From Eledone cirrhosa (lineage: Eukaryota), in assembly GCA_964016885.1 (NCBI GenBank), contig OZ024758.1, positions 23,312,001 through 23,376,000 of the forward strand: a stretch of 64,000 nucleotides of DNA, in the 5' to 3' direction. The notes under the pieces were generated by a model, which was not told where the DNA came from, ran no database searches, and saw nothing but the letters and a program-made list of their open reading frames with translations. Positions within the stretch are counted from its first letter, which is position 1, and every line of letters begins with the position of its first letter. Shown piece by piece: positions 13,601 through 25,200 of the stretch. The translations under genes were made by a program, and so were the position numbers.

Positions 13601-13928
13601 TACGGCGCTAATGGTGCCAAAAAGTAGAAACAATTATTAATATTTGAAAAATTCAGATTACATTTATTGTATTCAGCCATGTAGATCGAAAAATTTTTTT
13701 TTTCTTTTTTATACATATATTTTATATATATATTTATTTCTCTTTCCAGGTTATAATGAGATTATTTCTAAAGGTTTAACAAATATTTTAATCCCAAATG
13801 GCTGGAGCTGGGGCGGTGCAGTCAGTAAATACTATCCAGCCTGGGCTGAATTCTACACGGAAAATAACTTGGGCCAACAATGTTTCACTCCTGGCTTAGA
13901 AAGTATCAGATTTACTTTAACAGACTGA
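2..13928 (+). CDS. EEPD1: Endonuclease/exonuclease/phosphatase family domain-containing protein 1 (5'-partial, spliced)
   Basis: join(<2..600,3894..3945,4674..4772,7773..7901,9030..9156,10304..10357,11945..12163,13750..13928) = 1458 nt, frame-consistent, all GT-AG. Contains an HhH/ComEA-like motif (NVNIAN...IKGIEQTVAENIVSYR..GHFKTIEELLKVKSI), LRIATWNL, NPGVCDVICMTVLENG, LLAFQE, CDELNHPRLSNVRKWKG and GLTNILIPNGWSWGG..P..AEFYT, all characteristic of EEPD1. Confidence 0.93.
738..997. mobile_element. Palindromic element in (TA)n, probably a Penelope-like inverted pLTR fragment
   Basis: 182-bp spacerless palindrome 816..997 plus a unique tail; related copies at 6440..6642 and 8647..8737. Confidence 0.55.
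1344..1392 (+). ncRNA. Minimal type-I hammerhead ribozyme motif (U4C variant), Penelope-like pLTR
   Basis: TTGCT-CCGAAGA-A-TCCAAACC-TC-GGTTTGGA-G-GAAA-CAATTG-TA-AGCAA: 5-bp stem I, long stem II, palindromic stem III, GUA site. Confidence 0.7.
1828..1884 (+). ncRNA. Minimal type-I hammerhead ribozyme motif, intact core
   Basis: TTTTAT-CTGATGA-AAGCGTACCAAAATTTTGGTACCTTT-GAAA-TATATA-TA-ATAAAG. Confidence 0.75.
2041..3350. repeat. Inverted tandem duplication of a 494-bp unit
   Basis: 2041..2754 is about 1.4 units in reverse orientation, 2755..3350 about 1.2 units forward; near-identical and flanked by (TA)n. Confidence 0.9.
3894..3945 (+). CDS. EEPD1: EEPD1 exon
   Basis: tttcag|C TTA GGA... 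encodes (G)LGLLAFQEITDMQALKK|gtatcc. Confidence 0.88.
4674..4772 (+). CDS. EEPD1: EEPD1 exon
   Basis: tttag|ICDELNHPRLSNVRKWKGKHRKWEYVMANPNIE|gtaaaa. Confidence 0.9.
5211..5940. repeat. 31-bp minisatellite (about 23 copies) inside a hAT-like MITE
   Basis: Unit ATATGGCTCATCATCAGGTGGGCCGCATGAG; CAGGCATG.. end at 4853 and ..GATGACTG end near 6180. Confidence 0.9.
6750..6785 (-). ncRNA. Minimal hammerhead-like motif (U4C variant)
   Basis: Minus strand: TCTT-CCGATGA-A-GGAC-TAGT-GTCC-GAAA-CG-TT-GAGA. Confidence 0.6.
6891..7057. mobile_element. pogo/Tigger-like MITE
   Basis: Imperfect TIRs TATTTCCTGGCG / CACCAGGAAATACG with a TA flank. Confidence 0.5.
7062..7539. mobile_element. Penelope-like pLTR fragment with an 80-bp inverted copy
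   Basis: 7062..7141 is the reverse complement of 7460..7539; contains the hammerhead at 7112..7158. Confidence 0.65.
7112..7158 (-). ncRNA. Minimal type-I hammerhead ribozyme motif
   Basis: Minus strand: GCT-CTGACGA-A-TCCTACG-GTTACA-CGTAAGGA-A-GAAA-CATTG-TT-AGC, followed by CAATAAA. Confidence 0.7.
7773..7901 (+). CDS. EEPD1: EEPD1 exon (TAGCAG tandem acceptor; may start at 7770)
   Basis: NVEHSGFIYDVEQGIKL...ALSGFFQ|gtaagt. Confidence 0.85.
8027..8416 (-). mobile_element. tRNA-head CORE-type SINE with (ATG)n tail
   Basis: A box TGGCTTAGTGG, B box GAGTTCAATTC, CORE-like CCTTGAGCAAGACACTT; near-identical copies elsewhere in the window. Confidence 0.8.
9030..9156 (+). CDS. EEPD1: EEPD1 exon
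   Basis: ctccag|VKNFHFLFVNIYHK...NIKNIST g|gtatac. Confidence 0.8.
10304..10357 (+). CDS. EEPD1: EEPD1 exon
   Basis: ttcag|(D)EYHIIIFGNLDDELGLQ g|gtttgt; aligns to the vertebrate DVIILGDF segment; phase 1-1. Confidence 0.75.
10810..11420 (-). mobile_element. CR1/L2-type LINE 3' end with internal 61-bp tandem repeats
   Basis: FFTLRVSEAWN.LP..VVS...ASFK ORF2 C-terminal motif and (ATT)n tail. Confidence 0.75.
11945..12163 (+). CDS. EEPD1: EEPD1 exon
   Basis: ttccag|(V)KELLQEHGY...MAGNIWFNKNSKHLYT g|gtattt. Confidence 0.85.
13312..13553. mobile_element. 87-bp inverted repeat enclosing a hammerhead (Penelope-like inverted pLTR)
   Basis: Arms 13312..13398 and 13467..13553 differ by two mismatches. 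Confidence 0.7.
13412..13461 (+). ncRNA. Type-I hammerhead ribozyme motif with G5A core lesion
   Basis: GAACTGTA-CTAATGA-A-GGGTAATACCC-A-GAAA-CATTAGTG-TC-TGCAGTTC: 8-bp stem I, GUC site; the adjacent inverted copy keeps CTGATGA. Confidence 0.75.
13750..13928 (+). CDS. EEPD1: EEPD1 last coding exon
   Basis: ttccag|(G)YNEIISKGLTNILIPNGWSWGGAVSKYYPAWAEFYTEN...TD*. Confidence 0.92.
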
Positions 13929-14172
13929 ATTTTCTAGAGAATTAAAAGTATAAAAATTTATTAAACTAATTTATTTTGAACTAAACTGGTTAATTAAATA
14001 TGAAATAATAATAAATGCATGTAAGTGTGGAATCTATTGCATGAGTGTGAGCAAATGTATTATATATATATATATGTGTTTGTTGTTGTTTTGTGTGTGA
14101 GATAATGAAACACTGAAGTGTTACACATACAGAATACGGGTTTATCCTTTTAGCATTTACATTACTCTAGAT

Positions 14173-14371
14173 CAGGCATGTCAAACATGCAGCCCTTTAC
14201 AATCACACCTATGGCCCGCACAAAGGTTTTACACCGCAAGCATGTTTTATCTTCATAATATAAAATTTAAAAAATTAGTTGTAATGTGCGCAATTAGTTG
14301 TCGTGTATGGCCCTCAGACAGCACATATGTGACCCATGTGGGCCTCGAGGGACCTTCAACTGACATGCCTG
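14173..14371. mobile_element. hAT-like MITE nested in a piggyBac-like MITE
   Basis: TIR CAGGCATGTCA/TGACATGCCTG; 8-bp TSD CTCTAGAT/CTCTATAT. Confidence 0.8.
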
Positions 14372-15968
14372 CTCTATATATATACTATTATATTTTTAGG
14401 GTAAACACCATATTTTTGAGAACAATACCTTAACATCAGTATGAGTGGCTGGTTACAGCCGGTTGGAACAGAAAGAGGTGAGAGAGTTCTGGCCGGATGT
14501 GGCCAGTTTAAATGTTAAAGGGTTAAGCAGAATCTGAGATAATGAAACCCTGTGAAGTGTTATACATACAGAATACTGGTTTAAGAGGAATCAGAGATGG
14601 GGTAGAGGAGTGAAGTCTGCGTTGGTACGGACGTATGATGTGCATGGATAATGAAAAGTACCCCTGGAGACGAAAAAAGAGACATCTATATATCTACTAA
14701 TATATAATTGTTTCTACTTTTGGCACAAGGCCAGCAATAACCCCAGTGCATTACTGGTACTTTATTTTTATCAACCCTTTGTAAAGATGAAAAAAGTTAA
14801 TCTCAGTGTGATTTGAACTCAGAACGTAAAGGGCCGTAACTCTATGCTGCAAAGCATGGAGTCTGACCCTCTACTGATACTGCAAATCCACCAATTATAT
14901 CTATTAATATATAATTGTTTCTACTTCTAGCACAAAGCCAGCAATTATCCCAGTGTATTACTGGTACTTTATTTTATCGACCCCGTAAGGATGAAAGGCA
15001 AAGTTAACCTCGTATTCGCCCAACCGAATACTGGAGGTTTTCAGTTATATGCATCATATTTCAGAATTAGGTAATTCTTACACTGAAAGCTGCAACACTT
15101 CGTCAACTTATCCTGACCCATACTTTAGATTCTCTTGAGTGGCCAGTTACGACCGGTTTTAACAGAATGAGGTGAGAGAATTCTGGCCAGATGCAACCGG
15201 TATAAATGCTAAAGGGTTGGGGTTAGGCTAAAGGGTATTGTTCTCAACATAAATAATATCAAAATCTCATAGATTCAATATTATGTGAGGTAAAGCCTTT
15301 ACCACGAAAATACAATAGTATATGGAGAGTAATGTAAATGGCAAAGGGTTAAAGTAGAACCTACAAAACCTACTTTCCTCCTTCTTACCAGCAAAAGCAG
15401 ACAGCATCATATATAGTTTTCATAACAACATTTGTATTGCGCAGCTACTGTTCTGTATATCAAGTCAACCAGCTGCAAGAAGTTAGTAAAATAAGGTGCC
15501 AAAGAATTAATTTTGTAAATCAGTTGGCAATGAATTTAGTGTGCTCAGTGTATATCAAGGGTCATTCCTCAGACCCCCTTCTGTTTATTATCTGTGCTCT
15601 AAGATTATTACAAAGGAGTTTAAGACCAGTTGCTCATGGAAACTTTTGTATGCTGACCTAGCATTGCTCACAACAGGACAACTCATCTAACCCATGCTAG
15701 TATGAGAAAACACGTTAAATGATGATGATAGATATATGTATAGAAAAAGAGAGACAGTGACTGAAAGTCTTTGCTTGTTTATTTCAAAACATACAGCTCA
15801 ACACTCATTTCACTGTAAACTTGTTCCCAAAGAAAGGCAGATTTGAAAAAATGATTAGAAGCAAATAAATATTAAAGGAATCTGATGTAATCAAAATTAC
15901 AATATATGATATCAATGTGAACTGCCTAAACACATAATTTAATCTTATTTGTTAATTATAGATTTAAA

Positions 15969-16222
15969 TTACTTATTTATCATGTCGTTCTTTAACCGTA
16001 GCCAATCAAGACCTTTTTGGTAAAGATTTCTGGGTTCAAGTAATTTTTCCGCACACCGTTGAACTTTATATTCATTTTTGCGTAGATACATCCGAGTATC
16101 GTGCTGCATTTGTTCCAGTTTTTGCATCCTGATTTCATCTAATGTACAAGGTTCAGAGAGATAGGGATTGAACCGAAAGTAGCTGCTTGGATGTAGTAAA
16201 TCAGTTAAAGTTGTGTTAACAG
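15969..16222 (-). CDS. PNPLA8: PNPLA8 last coding exon
   Basis: (A)[29 protein letters not shown]...[12 protein letters not shown] (TAA at 15969-15971). Confidence 0.93.
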
Positions 16223-19200
16223 CTAAAAAGAGAAAAAAAACAATAATACATCTTAACCTTCAGTACGCTGTCAGCGACAAGAGAGTCATCTCTCTTTAAT
16301 ACGCGATATATTATGAAGGGAAGCAATTCAGCATGCTAAAGATTAAGTAATGAAAATTATGAAATATGAAGACTGATTTATTCTGACTAGTGAGCTAGAC
16401 AAGGTCACCTGACCTGGCAATGCCCACAACAGGACAATCCGTCTGACCCATGCTAGCGTGGAAGAATGGACATAAAACGGTGATGATGATAGTTCCAAGG
16501 TCGTAATAAAAGGAGTATAATTTAATCAACTGAACTCACACCAGTATATTGCTGGTACTTAATTTATCAAACCCTTAAAAGGAAGATTTAAATGCAGTAA
16601 CCAAATAATGTTAGACAGAGGTCGCCAACCACCGGAGCATGGACCAGTACCGGTCTGTGGATCATTTGCTACCGAGTCACAAAGAAATAATTTACTATAA
16701 ATATAATAGATAAATTGAATATCTAAACTATAATAAAGGAGTGAGGGACTGCATCCAGATTATATTTTTTTACCCTGTTTGTAAAATAAGTTGGATTACT
16801 TTGAATAAATAATGAATGAATATTACATAATTTATCTACTAAATTTCGTGGCTGTTGATTAAATATATTTTATAGCTTATTTAAAGACCTTTAAAATTCA
16901 CTTTAAAATTGTCAAATGTCAACACTTCCGGTTAGCAGCCGTTATATTATAACACTTATAATTGCATATATTTCCATCACTAATTTTCTCCTAATGCAGT
17001 TTATATATAATATCGTCTTTTTTTTAAATGTATCATGGATTACGTTACTGATTACATAAGACAGTGTAACACGGTCTTCGTTCAATTTCGGTGTATATTG
17101 TCAATTACGATTTTATTTACATGCCTATATATTTGTGTATAATATCAATATACACACTACACATGCTAACAGAAAACCACCTGAAGGGTGGTTTTCTGTT
17201 AGTTGGACTTTAAAAAAAATTCACATGAGTCAAAAGATTATACACTTTTTCTTCCCTTCAATAAATTGCTCTTTTTATCGGAATGCACTTAAATAACACA
17301 CATGTGCAACTACTGGTCCACAGAAAGATTGTCTGACATGAAGCCGGTCTGTTGTATAAAAAAGGGAAATAATAATGAAGAGAGATTAATTACCTTCTGT
17401 GTCAGTTGCACTGTCTAATATTTTAACAACTTTCTCTTTAAGGCTACTTTTACTTGTGTTCATTTCTAAGTTTGGTTCATATCTTCCATTGCCAACAGAG
17501 ACTACACATTGAAGTGGAGTGTCTGGCCACAGTAATCGACATTCATGAATAGCCAAAGCGGTTGGGTTATTGGTCAGTAAGCCACCGTCCTAGTAAAAAA
17601 AAAAAAAAAATAGCATTAACAAATTACGTTGTGATTGTGGTCCATTGAGTTCATCAATTGTTTAGTAAATAACTGAGCATTATAAACAATATTTATAACC
17701 AAGAAATATAGAGCAAGTACCAAATAATGTAAGTCAGGGGTCAGCAACTTCTTTGCCTCCATGCACCGGACAAAGGCCATAAAAGAATAATTATGGAAAA
17801 TTACACAAGCTAAAATTTAATCACGAGTGTTGACAATACTTAAAAATAATTTGTATTAACCACAGATGAATGTAATAATTGTTTCTACTTTTGGCACAAG
17901 GCCAGCAATTATCCCAGTGTATTATTACTGGTACTTTATTTTATCGACCCCCGTAAGGATGAAAGGCAAAGTTAACCTCGGCGGGATTTGAACTCAGAAT
18001 GGCAAGGGCCGTAACTCTATGCGTCCAACCCTCTACCAATACTGCCAATCCACCGCGACAAATTTTTTATTGTGCTTTTGTTGTCAAAGCATCACATCTG
18101 GTTGGTGGCGGACATTAGGTAGAGTGAATCAGAAGATTTATGGAAGACTGTAACAGCAGGACTTTTATTGTATTTGAAAGTCTTGTCTCTCATATTACAA
18201 TAAATTAAAATTTTAAATAAACAACTTATTAGGCATTAGGTCTCATGGGCCGGTCAAAATCCCTTCACGGGCCATAAGTTGCCAACCCCTAATGTAGGTG
18301 ATGAATTGGCAGAGTCATTAGAACGTCAGATATAATGCTTTGTGGTATTCGTTCCGGCTCTCTGTTCTGTGAGTTCAAATCCCACTGAGGTCAACTTTTC
18401 CTTTCATCTATTTAAAGTCGATATATAGAAAGTACCAGTCTAGTACTGGGGTGGATTCTTCCTCTATATCTCTTTCTCATTCCCATTCTTTCTCTATCTC
18501 TACTCTTCTCAGGAAGAACTCTGCTGGATTCAGACCTGGAGAGGAGATGGGCTCTGTGAGGTTTTTAAAATGCCCTAGATATGCCATATGTCGATACAGT
18601 GGCCCTAAAACTCCCTCAGGAATTACAGGACCATACGATACATACCAACTAATGCAACCAATTAATTTTGGTGGCTAAGTATTTCATGTCATCTGGGCTT
18701 GACAACCTTGGAAGGCAGCCTGACTAGAAGGACAACTCTAAGCATAAACCCTGAAGGTAGAAGTGAAAAGGCTGAGGAAGTCAACCCTGATAGTAAATCA
18801 GGCTAGAAAAGAACTCGAGCCCACTGAATTTATTCATTCCAAAAAAGAACATGAAAACACAACAATGAGGACGAGATTTATTCTCCATTCAATTGTTATG
18901 TAACTCAGTTAATTCTGGTGAATGTGTTATGTTTCAGTTTCGTTTGGCACCATGTAGAGCATAGTACAGTGTAGTGGTTGGTTACTGGCTGCTGTCTGGC
19001 AAGGATCCAACTGTCTAAAACTGGATAAGCTATGTAACGTATGCTTCTTTCATTTGATCTGATTTACACATTCAACCATGCAGAGTTTGAAAATTTAGTA
19101 GCAGTCTGAACATGTTTTGTCTATTTTGCTATTCAGTCTATTTTGACATGTGTGTGTGTGTATGTGCTGTGAGCATGTGTGTGTGTGTGTGTGTAAAGGC

Positions 19201-22200
19201 ACATGGCTTAGTGGTTAAAGTGTTCGGCTTGCAGTCGGGAGGTTGAGAGTTCGATTCTCAGACTGGATAATACGTTGTGTCCTTGAGCAAGACACTTTAT
19301 TTCCCATTGCCCCAGTTCACTTAGCTATAAAAATGAGTTGTAACATGACAGGTACCGAGCTGTATCAGACATTGCCTTTTCCTTGGACAACATCAAAGGT
19401 GTGGATGTTGATACAGGTGTGGGGAGTCGTATATATTCTAGCCATTAGACAAAGCAAGATGAATGCTTCACCTTCAAAAAAGGGATGACTCAAGAAGAAA
19501 AAGAAAGAGAGAGAGTGTGTGTGTGTGTGTGTGTACGTATACACTTGTTACACTTTGTAAAGTCATAGGGGCATTTTTTGGAGGAGTCCATCCTACTCCA
19601 GGTCTGAACACAACCGATTTCTTCCAGAGAAGGAGAAAGAGATACAGAGAAAGAATTCGCCCTAGTACTAGATTAACCCTTTAGTGTTCAAACCGGCCAG
19701 AATTCTCTACCTCTTTCTGTTGAAACTGGCTGTAACTGGTCGCTCAAACTGATGTTAATGTAATTTTTTCAAAATCTCACAGATTCGATATTATGTGAGA
19801 TAATTATGTGAGGTAAAGCCTTTACCATGAAAATATAATAGTATACATAGAGTAATGTAAATGTTATGTGAGATAAAGCCTTTACCATGAAAATACAATA
19901 GTATACATAGAGTAATGTAAATGTTATGTGAGATAAAGCCTTTACCATGAAAATACAATAGTATACATAGAGTAATGTAAATGTTATGTGAGATAAAGCC
20001 TTTACCATGAAAATACAATAGTATACATAGAGTAATGTAAATGTTATGTGAGATAAAGCCTTTACCATGAAAATACAATAGTATACATAGAGTAATGTAA
20101 ATGTTATGTGAGATAAAGCCTTTACCATGAAAATACAATAGTATACATAGAGTAATGTGAATGTTATGTGTGGTAAAGCCTTTACCATGAAAATACAATA
20201 GTATATCTCACATAACATTCACATTACTCTATGTATACTATTGTATTTTCATGGTAAAGGCTTTACCACACATAACATTCACATTACTCTATGTATACTA
20301 TTGTATTTTCATGGTAAAGGCTTTATCTCACATAACATTCACATTACTCTATGTATACTATTGTATTTTCATGGTAAAGGCTTTACCACACATAACATTC
20401 ACATTACTCTATGTATACTATTGTATTTTCATGGTAAAGGCTTTATCTCACATAACATTTACATTACTCTATGTATACTATTGTATTTTCATGGTAAAGG
20501 CTTTATCTCACATAACATTTACATTACTCTATGTATACTATTGTATTTTCATGGTAAAGGCTTTATCTCACATAACATTCACATTACTCTATATATACTA
20601 TTGTATTTTCATGGTAAAGGCTTTATCTCACATAACATTCACATTACTCTATATATACTATTGTATTTTCATGGTAAAGGCTTTATCTCACATAGCATTC
20701 ACATTACTCTATATATACTATTATATTTTCATGGTAAAGGCTTTATCTCACATAGCATTCACATTACTCTATATATACTATTGTATTTTCATGGTAAAGG
20801 CTTTATCTCACATAACATTCACATTACTCTATGTTCAGCCTTTACCATGAAAATACAATAGTATATATAGAGTAATGTGAATGCTATGTGAGATAAAGCC
20901 TTTACCATGAAAATCCAATAGTATATATAGAGTAATGTGAATGCTATGTGAGATAAAGCCTTTACCATGAAAATACAATAGTATATATAGAGTAATGTGA
21001 ATGTTATGTGAGATAAAGCCTTTACCATGAAAATACAATAGTATATATAGAGTAATGTGAATGTTATGTGAGATAAAGCCTTTACCATGAAAATACAATA
21101 GTATACATAGAGTAATGTAAATGTTATGTGAGATAAAGCCTTTACCATGAAAATACAATAGTATACATAGAGTAATGTAAATGTTATGTGAGATAAAGCC
21201 TTTACCATGAAAATACAATAGTATACATAGAGTAATGTGAATGTTATGTGTGGTAAAGCCTTTACCATGAAAATACAATAGTATACATAGAGTAATGTGA
21301 ATGTTATGTGAGATAAAGCCTTTACCATGAAAATACAATAGTATACATAGAGTAATGTGAATGTTATGTGTGGTAAAGCCTTTACCATGAAAATACAATA
21401 GTATACATAGAGTAATGTGAATGTTATGTGAGATAAAGCCTTTACCATGAAAATACAATAGTATATATAGAGTAATGTGAATGCTATGTGAGATAAAGCC
21501 TTTACCATGAAAATACAATAGTAAATATAGAGTAATGTGAATGTTATGTGTGGTAAAGCCTTTACCATGAAAATACAATAGTATATATAGAGTAATGTGA
21601 ATGCTATGTGAGATAAAGCCTTTACCATGAAAATACAATAGTAAATATAGAGTAATGTGAGATATTATGTGAGGTAAAGCCTTTACCATGAAAATACAAT
21701 AGTATACATAGAGTAATGTGAATGTTATGTGAGATAAAGCCTTTACCATGAAAATACAATAGTATACATAGAGTAATGTGAATGTTATGTGAGATAAAGC
21801 CTTTACCATGAAAATACAATAGTATATATAGAGTAATGTGAATGCTATGTGAGATAAAGCCTTTACCATGAAAATACAATAGTATACATAGAGTAATGTG
21901 AATGTTATGTGTGGTAAAGCCTTTACCATGAAAATACAATAGTATACATAGAGTAATGTGAATGTTATGTGTGGTAAAGCCTTTACCATGAAAATACAAT
22001 AGTAAATATAGAGTAATGTGAGATATTATGTGAGGTAAAGCCTTTACCATGAAAATACAATAGTATACATAGAGTAATGTGAATGTTATGTGAGATAAAG
22101 CCTTTACCATGAAAATACAATAGTAAATATAGAGTAATGTGAGATATTATGTGTGGTAAAGCCTTTACCATGAAAATACAATAGTAAATATAGAGTAATG

Positions 22201-25200
22201 TGAGATATTATGTGAGGTAAAGCCTTTACCATGAAAATACAATAGTAAATATAGAGTAATGTGAATGTTATGTGAGATAAAGCCTTTACCATGAAAATAC
22301 AATAGTAAATATAGAGTAATGTGAGATATTATGTGTGGTAAAGCCTTTACCATGAAAATACAATAGTATATATAGAGTAATGTGAATGCTAAAGGGTTAA
22401 AGAAAAGGTTGACCTCGTCGGGATTTGAACTCAGAGCACAGAGAGCTGGAACAAATACCACAATGCACTCTACCTGAACATCCATGAGTTCCACTGGTCT
22501 CGCTGGATCAATTGGACCTACTGGAGGGTATGTATGAGGACTCCCCCACGACCCCCTCAGGAATAAGTGATCGAAGAAGAAGATTCTATAGTAAAACACA
22601 CTTACTGTTTAGTTTGAAGGCACATGGCTTAGTGGTTAGAGCATTGGCCTTGCAATCGAAAGGTTGTGAGTTCAATTCTCAGACCGGGTGATGTGTTGTT
22701 TCCTTGAGCAAGACACTTTATTTCACATTGCTCCAGTTTACTCAGCTGTAGAAATGAGATGATAGGGACTGGGGTCCCTATCATTCCACTGTAAAGTGGT
22801 CGTGGAGGTGCCACGGCAAAAAAGCACCCAGCATGTAAATGAGGTTGGTGTTAGGAAGGGCATCCAGCTGTAGAAATCAAGCCAGAATCTGTTCCCGTCC
22901 CACCCTTGCAAGCAGGGAAAAGCGGACGTAAAATGAAATGATGGTGATGATGATTACTCTCTTTACTCTTCTACTCTTTTACCTGTTCCAGCCATCCGGC
23001 TGAGGCCATGCTGGGGCACTGCTTCAGTATATTTTAAAATATTTTAATAAATAATTTAGCTGGGAATCAACGTTTATCATTAATTGACCAACAGTTAACC
23101 CCTTAGCATTCACATTACTCTATATATACTATTGTATTTTCATGGTAAAGGCTTTACCTCACATAATATCTCACATACTATTGAATCTATGAGATTTTGA
23201 AAGTATTTATTTTGAGAACAATACCTTAACATCAGTATGAGTGGCCAGTTACAGCCAGTTTCAACAGAAAGAGATAGAGAATTCTGGCTGGTTTTGGCCG
23301 GTTTGAACATTACAGGGTTAAAAATATAGATATAAATATAATGTGTAGTTACTTGTGTATGTAAAAGTAATAATAAAAATAATAAAAAACAGACGGCACA
23401 GTACATGGAAGAAATATATTAGTTTAACGCTTGAAATAACAGGAAGAGAGTCTTAATGTTTCGGAGTACTTACTTGGTGAATTAAATCATCCAGCTGGAA
23501 TTCTGTGTAGTAACCAGGAGCAGCAGACGATGCCCGAATAGCTTCCCATAACTGATATTTACAACTTCCAGGGTATTGAGAGTAAACTCCCGAGGGCAGA
23601 TTATATGTTCGAAATACGTAGTTCTTCATTTTGGCCATATTAACAACACATGACAAAGCAGACATCTAAGACAGAAAATATGTCACAATTTCATTTCATT
23701 AACCCTTTTAATATCAACCCCAATCCCCATTCAAAATTATCCCAATTTTAACCCTTTAGCATTCGTATTATTTTATCAAATCCCGCCGAGCTTAACTTTG
23801 CCTTTCATCCTTACGGGGTCGATAAAATAAAGTACCAGTGGTGCGCTGGGGTAATTGCTGGCCTTGTGCCAAAAGTAGAAACAATTATTTTATATTTACT
23901 GAAATGGCAGTATCGGTAGAGGGTCGGACGCCATACTTTGCAGCATAGAGTTACGGCTCTTTATGATCTGAGCTCAAATCCCGCCGAGGTTAACTTTGCC
24001 TTTCATCCTTACGGGGGTCGATAAAATAAAGTACCAGTAATGCGCTGGGGTAATTGCTGGCCTTGTGACAAAAGTATAAACAATTATTTTATATTTACTA
24101 TGGCGGTGGATTGGCAGTATCGGTAGAGGGTCGGACGCCATTCTTTGACGCATAGAGTTATGGCCCTTGCCATTCTGAGTTCAAATCCTGCCGAGGTTAA
24201 CTTTGCCTTTCATCCTTACGGGGGTCGATAAAATAAAGTACCAGTAATGCGCTGGGGTAATTGCTGGCCTTGTGACAAAAGTATAAACAATTATTTTATA
24301 TTTACTATGGCGGTGGATTGGCAGTATCGGTAGAGGGTCGGACGCCATTCTTTGACGCATAGAGTTATGGCCCTTGCCATTCTGAGTTCAAATCCTGCCG
24401 AGGTTAACTTTGCCTTTCATCCTTACGGGGGTCGATAAAATAAAGTACCAGTAATGCGCTGGGGTAATTGCTGGCCTTGTGCCAACAAGTAGAAACAATA
24501 ATTATCTCATATACTATCGAATCTACAAGATTTTGATATTATTTATTTTATATAATAATGAAATTATTGTGTACAGTGCTCAGGTGCACTACAACTCATC
24601 AAAGGTGTATATATGTAGGGTGGTTGTTTGTCTGTGTGTGTGTATGCCTCTGTCTCTCTCTCTCTCTCTCTCACTCTCTGTATACCTCTGTCTTTCTCTG
24701 TGTATGTGTATGCCTCTGTCTCTCTCTCTCTTTCTCTCTTGAGAACAATACCTTAACTGTGCCTTCACTAATAATGGTTGCAGAGGTAGCCACAAGGCCA
24801 ACAATTTTGAAGGGAGGGGAAAGTCGATTAAATCTACCCCAGTCCAATACTTGTACTTCATTTTATCGATGAAAGGCAAAGCTAACTTCAGCAGGATCTG
24901 AACTCAGAACGTAAAGGGCCATAACTCCATGTTGCAAAGCATGGTGTCTGACGCTCTACCGATACTGCCAGTCCACTGCCCTTATACCTTCACTAACAAT
25001 GGTTTCTACTTTAGGCACAAGGCCAGCAATTTTGGAGGGAAGGAGGGGAAGGTCGATTAAATCGACCCCCCTCCCAGTGCATTACTGATACTTTATTTTA
25101 TCGACCACGAAAGTATGAAAGGCAAAGCTAACCTCGGCGGGATTTGAACTCAGAGTGTAAAGGGCCACATTGTATAATAAATGCCTTACACCACTATATT

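Noticed and set aside
17166-17202. 16-bp hairpin resembling a terminator
   Set aside because: Eukaryotic intron, within probable transposon remnant sequence; no functional support.
19769-22599. Multiple 130-380-aa hydrophobic repeat ORFs
   Set aside because: Products of the 60-bp MITE-derived satellite.
22619-22700. tRNA gene-like sequence
   Set aside because: SINE head continuing into the CORE domain in many copies; no proper acceptor stem.
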